Source: Chitinivibrionales bacterium
Lineage (GTDB): Bacteria > Fibrobacterota > Chitinivibrionia > Chitinivibrionales > WJKA01
Direction of reading: 5' to 3'
Assembly (NCBI GenBank): GCA_038247415.1
Contig: JBBRUX010000016.1
Coordinates: 9,051 to 73,050 of the forward strand
Length of the DNA: 64,000 bases
Position 1 is the first letter of the stretch; each line of letters starts with the position of its first letter. Both the position numbers and the translations under genes were made by a program. The notes under the pieces were generated by a model. It was given only the letters and a program-made list of their open reading frames with translations, was not told the DNA's origin and did not search any database. Shown here piece after piece: positions 1 to 9,730 of the stretch.

Positions 1-1028
1 AAGAAAAGGCCTTGATTTTTGATACCGCACAAGTCTCGGTGTGTGTTGATTTACAAATGATTGCCGATAGTCTTGGTGTACCGCTGGATACGCTCCAAAA
101 CGCCAATCCCCATATTATGCGCTGGTGCACACCTCCCGATGCTCAAAATGTCGCCTTGTTTCTGCCTCGTGGCATAAAGCCTCGTTTCGATTCTCTTATT
201 GCAGCAATTCCCGAGGATAAAAAGATACGATGGTTTGAATACAAGGTGCATCGTGGAGAAACGATGGCGTCTATCGCTCGTCAATTTAAAGTTCCGGTAG
301 ATGCTATTCGGTCGCTCAATGGAAATTCTGTAAAGCGGCTGATTGCCGGGAAAAGTGTTTTTTTACCGCTTAAAAGCACCTCTGCGCTAGCGCAATCCTC
401 TGTTGTAGAAACTTCTCCACCGATTGCATCCAGTAAAGAATATGGGCCTCGTGAAGCAACCTTAGGGACCCTGAAAACGATTGCGTACAAGATTCGTCCT
501 CACGATACCATGTCGGCTCTTGCGCTGCTTTTTAAAACATCAGTAAGTGCCATTTGTCAAGAAAATGGTTTTTCGCGCCAATCTCCTCTGGTTGTTGGCC
601 GTACTATTAAAATTCCGGGTACTTCGTTTGATGCGAGTGCGGTGGCTCCTGTTGCAAAAAAAACTCCCGCACGTGTCACAGATTCAGATATTCAATATAA
701 GGTTGCAGCTGGTGATAATTTAAGTTCAATTGCACAAATGTTTGGCACGTCGGTAGAATCGATTTGTGATCGCAATGGATTATCGGTATCCGAGACCATA
801 CAGGCTGGAGATGTAATTCGTGTGCATCCCATTACAGACCGGCAGAAAGCCGAACAGAATCAGACCATTGTTCTTTACACAGTACGATCTGGTGATAATC
901 TATGGTCGATAGCGCAAACCTTCAAAGTTCCTGTTGAGTCACTGTATCAGGCTAATGGTCTCAAGAAAGATTCGGTGCTTATTCCTGGAAATAAGCTCAA
1001 AATTGTTGCCTCGGTGGAGGGACTGTGA
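1..1028 (+). CDS. LysM-repeat protein, probably the C-terminal part of an MltD-like lytic transglycosylase (5' truncated by window edge)
   Basis: Four LysM motifs (YKVHRGETMASIARQF, YKIRPHDTMSALA, YKVAAGDNLSSIAQMF, YTVRSGDNLWSIAQTF); frame is open to the window start. Confidence 0.8.
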   Translation, partial: EKALIFDTAQVSVCVDLQMIADSLGVPLDTLQNANPHIMRWCTPPDAQNVALFLPRGIKPRFDSLIAAIPEDKKIRWFEYKVHRGETMASIARQFKVPVDAIRSLNGNSVKRLIAGKSVFLPLKSTSALAQSSVVETSPPIASSKEYGPREATLGTLKTIAYKIRPHDTMSALALLFKTSVSAICQENGFSRQSPLVVGRTIKIPGTSFDASAVAPVAKKTPARVTDSDIQYKVAAGDNLSSIAQMFGTSVESICDRNGLSVSETIQAGDVIRVHPITDRQKAEQNQTIVLYTVRSGDNLWSIAQTFKVPVESLYQANGLKKDSVLIPGNKLKIVASVEGL

Positions 1029-1915
1029 ATAAACGCCAACAGTGGATCATTGCAGTAGTTATTTTATTACCGCTTGCTGTTGGTGGGCTTTTATCAATTG
1101 GCAAGACGATGCACTCCGGTTCCTTTTTGCATTCTTCTTTTGCAAAGAAAATTGGTGTGGTGCGGATTACCGATGTTATTTACGAATCTGAAAATGTTAT
1201 TGCAAAGCTCAAGGCATACCGAGAAGACGATGCTGTTGGAGGAGTTGTTGTACGCGTCAATAGTCCGGGTGGGGCAGTGGCACCATCGCAGGAAATTTAT
1301 GCCGAAATCATGCGCTTTCGGGAAGAAAATAAACCCGTTGTTGTTTCCATGGAAAATGTAGCAGCCTCGGGCGGATACTATGTTTCTGCATCAGCCATGA
1401 GGATATTTGCTGATCCTGGTACGCTTACCGGAAGCCTTGGCGTTATTATGCAGTTTCCGCAATATTATAAATTACTCGAAAAAGTCGGCGTGCACATGGT
1501 AACGATCAAAGCAGGCAAATTTAAAGATATCGGGTCTCCCAATAGGGCAATGACGACCGATGAAACAGTTTATATAGAAGCTCTTTTGCATGACACGCAT
1601 CTTCAGTTTATCGAGGACGTTGCCCGCGGACGATCGCTTCCAGAGGATTCAGTAAAGGGACTTGCCGATGGCAGGATTTTTACCGGTCGTCAGGCTGTTG
1701 CGCTAGGCCTGGTTGATACTCTCGGGGGTTTTGCCGATGCTATTTCATATCTTAAAGAGTATATTGGTTTGCCAAAGGATGCCCGTGTTGACGAAGAGAA
1801 AGATAAGGTGCCGTTATGGAAATCATTGGTTACACAAGGGCGATTTCATCATGGATCATTCCTTGCAAAGATGTTTCGTCCTTCGGGGTTTTATTATTTG
1901 TGTGATATTCTTTGA
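1025..1915 (+). CDS. sppA: Signal peptide peptidase SppA (36K type)
   Basis: RVNSPGG, AASGGYY, TGSLGV, KAGKFKD, DGRIFTG motifs; N-terminal TM helix. Confidence 0.92.
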   Translation: MNKRQQWIIAVVILLPLAVGGLLSIGKTMHSGSFLHSSFAKKIGVVRITDVIYESENVIAKLKAYREDDAVGGVVVRVNSPGGAVAPSQEIYAEIMRFREENKPVVVSMENVAASGGYYVSASAMRIFADPGTLTGSLGVIMQFPQYYKLLEKVGVHMVTIKAGKFKDIGSPNRAMTTDETVYIEALLHDTHLQFIEDVARGRSLPEDSVKGLADGRIFTGRQAVALGLVDTLGGFADAISYLKEYIGLPKDARVDEEKDKVPLWKSLVTQGRFHHGSFLAKMFRPSGFYYLCDIL

Positions 1916-1987
1916 AAATGTAAGAAATTCCAGGTTTCTAGGATACTAGATGTTTGTTTTTTAACACTGTTTTAAAAGGAGTCGAGT

Positions 1988-2161
1988 ATGAGTCTGCAAC
2001 AATTGCTTGATGAAGTCGAAGTTCTTAAGGCTGAGTACGACAAATTCGAACACGGGAATAATGCTGCTGGCACACGTGCACGCAAAGCTCTGCAAAGCAT
2101 TAAAACAATAGCTCAAGATTTGCGCATTAAAATTCAAGAGAAAAAAACAACTGTAGCCTAA
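1988..2161 (+). CDS. Small basic histone H1-like (Hc1-family) protein, 57 aa, not in ORF track
   Basis: AAAAGGAG RBS upstream; MSLQQLLDEVEVLKAEYDKFEHGNNAAGTRARKALQSIKTIAQDLRIKIQEKKTTVA; GNxAAGTRARK motif. Confidence 0.8.
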   Translation: MSLQQLLDEVEVLKAEYDKFEHGNNAAGTRARKALQSIKTIAQDLRIKIQEKKTTVA

Positions 2162-2176
2162 GGGGCACAGGCAAGC

Positions 2177-2200
2177 GCGAGCTTTGGTCTGCTCGTTTTT
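2177..2200 (+). terminator. Possible weak intrinsic terminator
   Basis: CGAGC-N8-GCTCG followed by TTTTT after the Hc1-like gene. Confidence 0.35.
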
Positions 2201-2389
2201 CTCAAAGAATTGGCATCTAACTGTCTTATAGGTTACTATAAGACAGTTTTTTTTATTCCAACAATTTTTTTTTTGCACCCGCGTATTTAACTTCGATTTG
2301 ACCCATCAGGTATCCCTGATACATTTTTGTCTGCAATGTTTTTTGTGTTATCTAACCCATTAGTATCTTTTTTCACGAGGTAGTGTCGT

Positions 2390-3337
2390 ATGTCGCAGAA
2401 GAATTCGATAATGCTGGAAGTGAAAGATCTTAACAAGAAGTATGGAGAATTCCATGCTGTCAAGGATCTCAATTTTCAGATTCAAAAAGGTGAGGTTTTG
2501 GGTTTTTTAGGGCCCAATGGCGCAGGGAAAACAACCACCATGCGCATTATCACTTGTTTTATTCCATTAACAAGTGGTAGTGTCACCGTTGATGGCTTGG
2601 ATATCCGATTGCACGATCTGGATATTCGCAAGAAAATTGGCTATCTACCAGAAAGTACTCCACTCTATAACGACATGCTCGTAGCGGAGTATTTAGCATT
2701 TGCAGGAGAGCTGCGAGGGCTCAAGGGTTCAATTCTCACCAAGAGAATCGATGACATGTACCAGGTGTGTGGATTGGGTAATATGGCCCGACGTCAAATT
2801 GGGAAATTGTCAAAAGGATATCGCCAGCGTGTTGGTCTTGCTCAGGCGCTTTTGCATAACCCTGACCTTCTCATTCTCGACGAACCAACATCAGGCCTCG
2901 ATCCTAACCAGATTATCGAAATTCGTCAACTCATTAAAAATATCGGCCAAGAAAAAACCGTTATTTATTGCAGTCATATACTTTCGGAAGTGTCTGCAAC
3001 CTGTAGCCGAATTCTTATCATCAACCAGGGACGCATTGTTGGTGCCGGTACACCCGAGGAACTCATTACCCAACGTGGTGGAACAAGTCGTTATTCAATG
3101 CGCGTTAAAGCCGATAAAGCATCGCTTGTTACAAAGCTCAACCAGATTGAGGGCGTAGCCGATGTGGCAGCATCTGAGACAAAGGGATGGTGTGATGTGC
3201 ATGCTTCGGTTGCACGCTCAGAGGATATAGGGGAAGAGTTTTTTAAATGTGTTGCCGCAAATGGCTGGGTTCTGTCGGAACTCAAGCGCGATACGGTAAG
3301 TCTCGAAGATGTTTTCACCCAGCTTACGAGAGGATAA
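2390..3337 (+). CDS. ABC transporter ATP-binding protein (GldA-like)
   Basis: Walker A GPNGAGKT, signature LSKGYRQR, Walker B LILDEPT. Confidence 0.92.
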   Translation: MSQKNSIMLEVKDLNKKYGEFHAVKDLNFQIQKGEVLGFLGPNGAGKTTTMRIITCFIPLTSGSVTVDGLDIRLHDLDIRKKIGYLPESTPLYNDMLVAEYLAFAGELRGLKGSILTKRIDDMYQVCGLGNMARRQIGKLSKGYRQRVGLAQALLHNPDLLILDEPTSGLDPNQIIEIRQLIKNIGQEKTVIYCSHILSEVSATCSRILIINQGRIVGAGTPEELITQRGGTSRYSMRVKADKASLVTKLNQIEGVADVAASETKGWCDVHASVARSEDIGEEFFKCVAANGWVLSELKRDTVSLEDVFTQLTRG

Positions 3338-3341
3338 TGTC

Positions 3342-4058
3342 ATGGAACACATAGCAGCAATATTTAAAAAAGAATTTAAGGCGTATTTCTTATCGCCTAT
3401 CGCGTATATCTTTATTACGGTGTATCTGGTTGTTACCAATGCACTCTTTTTCCAAAGTTTTTTTCTCATGAATCAAGCGGATATGCGCGGGTATTTCGCA
3501 CTGCTTCCTTGGATTTTTCTCTTTTTTATTCCTGCCATCACTATGAGGGTATGGGCAGAAGAGAAAAAAATGAAGACACTTGAGCTCTTATTGACATGGC
3601 CGCTTTCCGATGTGGAAGTTGTTGTAGGAAAGTTTTTGGCAAGCTTTTGCTTTTTGGCTGTCTCGATACTCCTCTCGATTACTGTCCCCGTTACCATCAT
3701 GATTTTAGGCCGGCCAGATCTTGGGCCAATCATTGGAGGGTACTTAGGGGCACTCCTTATGGGTGGAGCATATCTTGCAATTGGCTTGTGGGTGAGTTCT
3801 CTTACGGAAAATCAGATTACTGCATTCATTGTTGGTGTTGTGTGTACGTTTGTCATGTTTATCATTGGCAACCCTTTTATTACCATGGCAGCCCCTGCAT
3901 TTTTGGTTCCTACACTCACGTATCTGGGGCTAGGAACTCACTTCGAATCGATTGGCCGTGGGGTTGTCGATTCACGTGATATTATTTATTACATCTCGGT
4001 GATCTGGTTCTTCCTTTTCCTCAATATCCGTTCCATCGAAAGCAGGAAGTGGGAATAA
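3342..4058 (+). CDS. ABC-2 permease (GldF-like)
   Basis: KEFKAYFLSPIAY, TMRVWAEEKK..TLELLLT, HFESIGRGVVD motifs; multiple TMs; start moved to ATG after GAGGA. Confidence 0.88.
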   Translation: MEHIAAIFKKEFKAYFLSPIAYIFITVYLVVTNALFFQSFFLMNQADMRGYFALLPWIFLFFIPAITMRVWAEEKKMKTLELLLTWPLSDVEVVVGKFLASFCFLAVSILLSITVPVTIMILGRPDLGPIIGGYLGALLMGGAYLAIGLWVSSLTENQITAFIVGVVCTFVMFIIGNPFITMAAPAFLVPTLTYLGLGTHFESIGRGVVDSRDIIYYISVIWFFLFLNIRSIESRKWE

Positions 4059-4060
4059 GT

Positions 4061-5848
4061 ATGGCATCAACAAAAAATACCTATCGCTCTCAATCGCTTA
4101 TCTTCATTGCCGTTATTCTTGGCATTGTTGCTGTTGTAAATTATCTGGGCACCCAGAAATTTGCTCGTCTCGATTTTACCCAAAACCATGCATATAGCAT
4201 TTCGCCTGCAACCAAGCGCATTGTTCGCAATCTCGATGATATTGTCAATATCAATGTCTATTTTTCAAAAAATTTGCCATCGCAAATGAAGCGGACCGAA
4301 ACAGATGTCCGAGATATTCTCTCTGAGTATTCGGCATTTGCAGGAAAGCATCTCAAGATCACCTGGATCGACCCTAGTGTTTCCGATGAGGAAAAAGGAA
4401 AAGTTCGGGCTCTTGGAATCCCCGAAATTCAGATGCAGTCGTACGAAAAAGACAAGGCTCAGGTTGTCAATGGTTACGTCGGCATTGCAATTTTATATGC
4501 CGATAAAAAAGAGGTTATTCCAGTTGTCCAAAATTTGGGCAATTTCGAATATGATCTTACTCAGGCTATTATGAAAGTTGTGAGAACTTCGGTTCCAAAA
4601 GTTGGTGTTCTTAAAACCGACACTTTTGGATACGTTCCTCCCGAGGTTATGCAACAGATGAAGATGAACAATATTAAAGACAAGACCGAAGAACAATACA
4701 AGCCTGTTTTTGATCAGCTTCGCCGCAACTACGATGTCAAGACAGTCGACCTTTCGAGTTTCGAACCAATCGATACTTCAATTAAAACACTTATTATCCC
4801 TGGTGGTGAGGAAGCGTTTTTTACCGATCGTCGTATTTTCGAAATCGATCAGTTTTTTATGCGGGGCGGAAATCTTATCGTTTGTCCCGACGCTGTGAAA
4901 ATTTCATTTGAGCAGGGTGTCAATGCAGTCGCTCAAAATCCTAAAATTATAGCCCTTCTAGAAAATTATGGCGCACGGCTCGAAAAAAGCCTTGTTCTCG
5001 ATGCATCATGCGGACAGGTTCAGGTACCTCAAAACTTTGGCGGTTTTCGCATGAATGTTGCGGTACCTTACCCGTATTTTGTTAGGGTTCTGCCTCAGTA
5101 TACCAATCAGAATATTCCCGCAGTTGCTTCTGTCAATGAATTGTTAATCCCTTGGGCAAGCCCTATTACGCTTCTGGTTGATTCCATCCCCATGAGTGGT
5201 AAAGTCAAAAATAGTGCGTCTAATGGCGATAAAGTTATGGGAACAGTTCTGGTTAAATCTTCCGAAAAGAGCTGGACAGTTTCTGGCTACTTTGATCTTA
5301 ACCCACAGCAGAAATGGGCTCCTCCAGAAAACAAGGTTTCGCAAAGCAATCTGATTGTGTATTTGTCGGGAAAGTTTAACAGCATGTATGCTGATAAGCC
5401 TATTCCTCTTACAAAAGATACGACGGCTGCTGATAGCGCTACTAAGTCTTCGGTTCTTTCGCAGGTAGACAAAGACGTTACCCGCACGGTTATTAGGAAA
5501 TCCGTTCGCAAAGGTAACCTCATCATTGCTGGCGATTCCGATTTCCTTTCTGCACAAAATGCAACCGCAGGTTCTATTGCCTTTATTCTCAATGCTGTCG
5601 ACTGGTTGACACAAGATGATAATCTTATTGGTATTAGAACTAGAACCCTGGATGATCGCCCACTTCAAAAAGATGCCCTTAAGGAAGGTTCGGCAGTTCC
5701 TTCTATTGTTCGTGGTGTCAACATTGTTCTCATGCCGATTATTGTAATTCTCATTGGCTTGGCGCTCTTTTTGAGTCGTCGTGAAAAAGCCGGAGTAGGA
5801 TCACTTGCTACAGCTCCACAAAGCAAATCTCAGGAGAAAAAAGCATGA
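4061..5848 (+). CDS. GldG-like ABC-type auxiliary component
   Basis: RLDFTQNHAYSISPAT, FEYDLTQAI, DQFFMRGG, NAVDWL motifs; N- and C-terminal TMs; operon context. Confidence 0.85.
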   Translation: MASTKNTYRSQSLIFIAVILGIVAVVNYLGTQKFARLDFTQNHAYSISPATKRIVRNLDDIVNINVYFSKNLPSQMKRTETDVRDILSEYSAFAGKHLKITWIDPSVSDEEKGKVRALGIPEIQMQSYEKDKAQVVNGYVGIAILYADKKEVIPVVQNLGNFEYDLTQAIMKVVRTSVPKVGVLKTDTFGYVPPEVMQQMKMNNIKDKTEEQYKPVFDQLRRNYDVKTVDLSSFEPIDTSIKTLIIPGGEEAFFTDRRIFEIDQFFMRGGNLIVCPDAVKISFEQGVNAVAQNPKIIALLENYGARLEKSLVLDASCGQVQVPQNFGGFRMNVAVPYPYFVRVLPQYTNQNIPAVASVNELLIPWASPITLLVDSIPMSGKVKNSASNGDKVMGTVLVKSSEKSWTVSGYFDLNPQQKWAPPENKVSQSNLIVYLSGKFNSMYADKPIPLTKDTTAADSATKSSVLSQVDKDVTRTVIRKSVRKGNLIIAGDSDFLSAQNATAGSIAFILNAVDWLTQDDNLIGIRTRTLDDRPLQKDALKEGSAVPSIVRGVNIVLMPIIVILIGLALFLSRREKAGVGSLATAPQSKSQEKKA

Positions 5849-6927
5849 ACTCACGTAAGATAGCATTTTATGGAACAATACTTATTGTTATCGTTGGTAT
5901 ACTTGCACTTTCGCAATTTTTAGCACATCAAAAGCCTTCAGCAAAATCGCTTTTGTTTTTTCCTGCGTATTCAGATGCAACGGTGGGGGCTCTTTCTATA
6001 ACCGATCAAGGAGGCACCGTTCGCCTCGAAAAAAAGTCGGGTACGTGGAGTGTTGTGACGCAAGCCACGCAAACCTCGCAGGCATCTCCACTTGGTCAAA
6101 CACCAGGTGTTTCCCCTGCAGGTGAAAGTGCCGTTCCTTCGGTATCATCGTTTCCAGCCGATTCTGCTTCCATGGCGATTGCGCTGGAAAAAATTAAAGA
6201 AATGAAAATGGATCAACTCATTTCTGATAATATTGCTAAGCAAGAAGCTCTCGAAGTGGATACACTTAAGGGTTTGTTACTGCAAGTGTGGAATGATAAA
6301 GGAACGCTCATTGGCTCCGTTCGCATTGGTAAATCGGGGGCCGATTATAGTAGTAATTTTGTAAGACCCGTTGCCTCAAATAAGGTTTACAGCGTTGGCG
6401 GGAGTCCTCGGTTTGCTTTTTTTACCGATGTAAAACGGTGGCGTGATAAATCGGTTCTCTCGTTTGATAAGGCATCGGTTCAAAAAGTATCAATTCAGAA
6501 AAAAGGTGGAACGCTTATTGAACTTGTTAAAACTGCTGATACGACCATGGTTTGGCAGGTAACAGGCCCATCTAAAGTGTCAACAAAAGCCAAACAGTCT
6601 GAAGTTGATGGATTGCTTGAAACTTTGTCGAAGTTTATGTGCGCCGATGTAGAAACAGATGCTTCATTAACCGATTCAGCAATGGGCTTTACTGTACCAG
6701 AACTGATTGTTACCACTGAACTTAAAAATAACGATAGGCCTATGATCACCGTGGGTGCCAAAAAGACCGGGCCAGAAAATCAATTTTGGGTTCGTGTTTC
6801 AGGAAAATCCTCTGTGTATCTTGTAAGTGATATGGATATTCAGAAGCTAGACAAAAACGAATCTGGTTTGGCGGAAGTCCCTCCGGCACCACGTGGAGCC
6901 GTAGCTGTCCCAAAGAACAAAAAATAA
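5845..6927 (+). CDS. DUF4340-like membrane-anchored periplasmic protein
   Basis: N-terminal TM, two repeated domains, WRDK motif; usual fourth gene of GldAFG-like operons. Confidence 0.7.
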   Translation: MNSRKIAFYGTILIVIVGILALSQFLAHQKPSAKSLLFFPAYSDATVGALSITDQGGTVRLEKKSGTWSVVTQATQTSQASPLGQTPGVSPAGESAVPSVSSFPADSASMAIALEKIKEMKMDQLISDNIAKQEALEVDTLKGLLLQVWNDKGTLIGSVRIGKSGADYSSNFVRPVASNKVYSVGGSPRFAFFTDVKRWRDKSVLSFDKASVQKVSIQKKGGTLIELVKTADTTMVWQVTGPSKVSTKAKQSEVDGLLETLSKFMCADVETDASLTDSAMGFTVPELIVTTELKNNDRPMITVGAKKTGPENQFWVRVSGKSSVYLVSDMDIQKLDKNESGLAEVPPAPRGAVAVPKNKK

Positions 6928-6951
6928 GCATGTTGAGAATGCTTGGATGTC

Positions 6952-6990
6952 GCCCTTCTGGTGCTTTTTGCACCAGAGGGCCTTTTTTTT
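6952..6990 (+). terminator. Intrinsic terminator
   Basis: GCCCTTCTGGTGC-loop-GCACCAGAGGGC followed by T8. Confidence 0.85.
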
Positions 6991-7014
6991 GTGGGTCTGA
7001 AAAAGCACGAGCGT

Positions 7015-7914
7015 ATGAAATCTATTCTTATCGTTGATGATAATCCAAATGTCCGCTCGATGCTGCAGGCGCATCTTGCAAAGCGCTACACAGCCGATTC
7101 GGCTGAAGATGCATGTGCTGCGCTTGAAATGGTTGCTAAAAAAAACTACGACATGATTATCTCCGATATTGAGATGGGTGGTATGAGCGGGCTTGATTTA
7201 TTGCCAAAAGTTATAGCCTTGCAGCCTCAATGCGCACCCATGCTTATTACGGGCTATGATATCGATAGGTATATTCCTCTTGCTGTTCGCAATCAAATTG
7301 GTTCCATTATGCCTAAGTCGGTACCGTTTGATTTTTTTATGCTCGATGTCATGGTCGATGGGTTGCTTTGGGGGAATATCTTTGGGCTCAAACGATATCT
7401 CCGCGTTGGGGGAGAAGTTTTTGAACGGCTCTGCGTTAAAGGCTCCAGCGACGCACGCTCCGTTCGCGACTGGATCGTCTCACGTTTTACGAGTCGTTTT
7501 GGAGATGCGGGAGATATGAACTTATTGCTCGATGAAGCTATCACTAATGCTGTGTATCACGCTCCTCGCAATGTAGATGGTTCCGAAAAGTATGTCGAAT
7601 ACGCGGATGTTTCGCTTCTGCCTCATGAGTATGTTTTTGTAGAATACGGGGTAGATTCAGAGAAATATGCTATCTCGGTAACCGATAATCAAGGCACTCT
7701 GAATGGCTCGGTTGTTCTTGATAGGCTTTCTCGCCAGGTGAGCGGAGTTGGGTTACGGGATGAGGGCGGAAGAGGCTTTCATATCGGCCGTATTTTTTCT
7801 GATGCGATGGTAGTAAATATTAAGCGATTGGCTTGCACCGAAGTGATACTCATGAACTATTTTTCTCCGCAGCGGAAGGCATCGCGACCGCTTTATATCA
7901 ATGAAGTTTTATAG
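7015..7914 (+). CDS. Receiver domain fused to an RsbW/anti-sigma-like HATPase domain
   Basis: ILIVDD, ISDIEM, ITGY, PK receiver motifs; C-terminal EAITNAVYH, VTDNQG, GGRGF; no HisKA. Start moved downstream of the terminator. Confidence 0.75.
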   Translation: MKSILIVDDNPNVRSMLQAHLAKRYTADSAEDACAALEMVAKKNYDMIISDIEMGGMSGLDLLPKVIALQPQCAPMLITGYDIDRYIPLAVRNQIGSIMPKSVPFDFFMLDVMVDGLLWGNIFGLKRYLRVGGEVFERLCVKGSSDARSVRDWIVSRFTSRFGDAGDMNLLLDEAITNAVYHAPRNVDGSEKYVEYADVSLLPHEYVFVEYGVDSEKYAISVTDNQGTLNGSVVLDRLSRQVSGVGLRDEGGRGFHIGRIFSDAMVVNIKRLACTEVILMNYFSPQRKASRPLYINEVL

Positions 7915-7949
7915 GTCTAGCGATTGTGCTCTCATGCTAAGGGGATTCC

Positions 7950-8729
7950 ATGCTCAATACGTGTCGAGGAAAAAAGATAAAATTACAAGGATTTAATAAT
8001 CTTACTAAATCGTTGAGTTTTAATATCTTCGATATTTGCTATGCGCGATCAAAATCGTCTCAGATGGATTATCTGGAGTATATCGATGAAGCGTATAATT
8101 CAAAAAAGCTTCAAAGCATCGCCGAAGAGGTTGCTAGTATCATCGAAGCGCGCATCGTTAATATGTCGACACAAGATTACGATCCTCGCGGGGCGAGCGT
8201 AACGGTACTCATTAACGAGGGACACCAAACAGCCCGCAATAATGGTGTTACCGTGCATCTTGATAAAAGCCACTTGGCAATTCATACCTATCCAGAAAAT
8301 AATGCCTCAACCGGCATTTCCACGTTTCGTGCGGATGTTGACGTATCAACATGTGGCATGATTTCTCCTCTGCGGGCTTTGGATTTTCTTATTGATAATT
8401 TCGAATCGGATATCGTATTGCTCGATTACAAGGTACGCGGATTTACTCGTGATGTAAACGGTCGTAAAATTTACATCGATCATGATATCACGTCTATTCA
8501 AGATTATATTTCCGATGAAATTCTTAAGCAGTATTCGGCCTATGATATTAATATCGTTTCAGATAATATCTTTCATACTAAAATGATGGTGAAGAAATTT
8601 AAGCTTGAAAGTTATCTTTTTGGATCGGAAGTTGAAACTGTCAATGCTGCAAACCGCACCAAAATTACCAAGAATCTTAAAAAAGAGATGCAGGAAATTT
8701 TTGAGTGCGATAATATTTATGCGGAGTAA
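7950..8729 (+). CDS. speD: S-adenosylmethionine decarboxylase proenzyme (E. coli-type class 1A)
   Basis: GFNNLTKSLSFN, HLDK/SHLAIHTYPE cleavage site, FRADVDVSTCG. Confidence 0.95.
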   Translation: MLNTCRGKKIKLQGFNNLTKSLSFNIFDICYARSKSSQMDYLEYIDEAYNSKKLQSIAEEVASIIEARIVNMSTQDYDPRGASVTVLINEGHQTARNNGVTVHLDKSHLAIHTYPENNASTGISTFRADVDVSTCGMISPLRALDFLIDNFESDIVLLDYKVRGFTRDVNGRKIYIDHDITSIQDYISDEILKQYSAYDINIVSDNIFHTKMMVKKFKLESYLFGSEVETVNAANRTKITKNLKKEMQEIFECDNIYAE

Positions 8730-8731
8730 GA

Positions 8732-9658
8732 ATGCCTAGAGATACTTCTCCAATTGTTAAACGTATTGTAACCGAAGATCTCAATCCGAACCTTGGGTTT
8801 TATTATACTGTCAAAAAAACGCTGTATGCTGGCGAAACTGACTATCAAAAAATCGAGCTTGTTGACACAGAAGAATTCGGCAAAGTCCTTTTGCTTGATG
8901 GCATAACACAGGTTGTAGAGAAAAACGATTATCAATATCATGAACCCATGGTTCATCCTGCCTTCTGCGCACACCCGAATCCGCAATCGGTACTTGTGAT
9001 TGGTGGGGGTGATGGGTGCATATTGCGGGAGGTTTTGAAATATTCTTCTGTCAAGAATATTGAGTTTGTAGAGCTCGATGCAGATGTCATAAAGTTTTCG
9101 CGTAAATATCTGGGAGCGCTGCACAACAATTCATTTGACGATCCTCGCGTAATAATAACGGTGTGTGATGGTCGATCTTTTATTGAGAGCCGGCGTGGTG
9201 AATTTGATATCGTTATTATGGATATGACTGATCCTTTTGGTCCTTCGAGAATGCTGTATACCAAAGAATTTTTTAGCTTAGTTAAACGGTCCCTTAAAGG
9301 GCCTAAAGGCCAATTTGTCATGCATACGCAATCGCCGATTACTCGTCCGGTGGCCTTTAATTGTATTCAGAGGACATTAAACTCGGTATTTGGAACCGTA
9401 AATATTTTTTATCTTTATATTCAAATGTATGCAACGCTGTGGTCGATTTCAGTGTGTTCCGAGAAGCTTGATCATGGTGTACGTACTCCACAGTCTATTG
9501 ATAAACGATTGGCAACAGCAGGTATTTCTGGATGCAAAGTATATACAGGCGAGGCTCATAGAGCTATGCTCACGCCCTATCCGTATCTACGTGATATTCT
9601 TGCTAAAAAAACCAGAATTATCACCGACAGAAATCCTGATTTCCCAGATAGTTTTTGA
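8732..9658 (+). CDS. speE: Polyamine aminopropyltransferase (spermidine synthase) 1
   Basis: LLLDGITQ, YHEPMVHP, GGGDG, ELD, DMTDP. Confidence 0.9.
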   Translation: MPRDTSPIVKRIVTEDLNPNLGFYYTVKKTLYAGETDYQKIELVDTEEFGKVLLLDGITQVVEKNDYQYHEPMVHPAFCAHPNPQSVLVIGGGDGCILREVLKYSSVKNIEFVELDADVIKFSRKYLGALHNNSFDDPRVIITVCDGRSFIESRRGEFDIVIMDMTDPFGPSRMLYTKEFFSLVKRSLKGPKGQFVMHTQSPITRPVAFNCIQRTLNSVFGTVNIFYLYIQMYATLWSISVCSEKLDHGVRTPQSIDKRLATAGISGCKVYTGEAHRAMLTPYPYLRDILAKKTRIITDRNPDFPDSF

Positions 9659-9730
9659 AAAGAACATTAATAGTTTTTAGTATTGTCAACCTATGCAGCC
9701 GGTACAGCCGGCAGGAAAGAACGACTATTC

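Noticed and set aside
2390..6927. Gliding motility inferred from GldA/F/G similarity
   Set aside because: This ABC module is widespread in non-gliding bacteria and no other gld/spr genes are in the window
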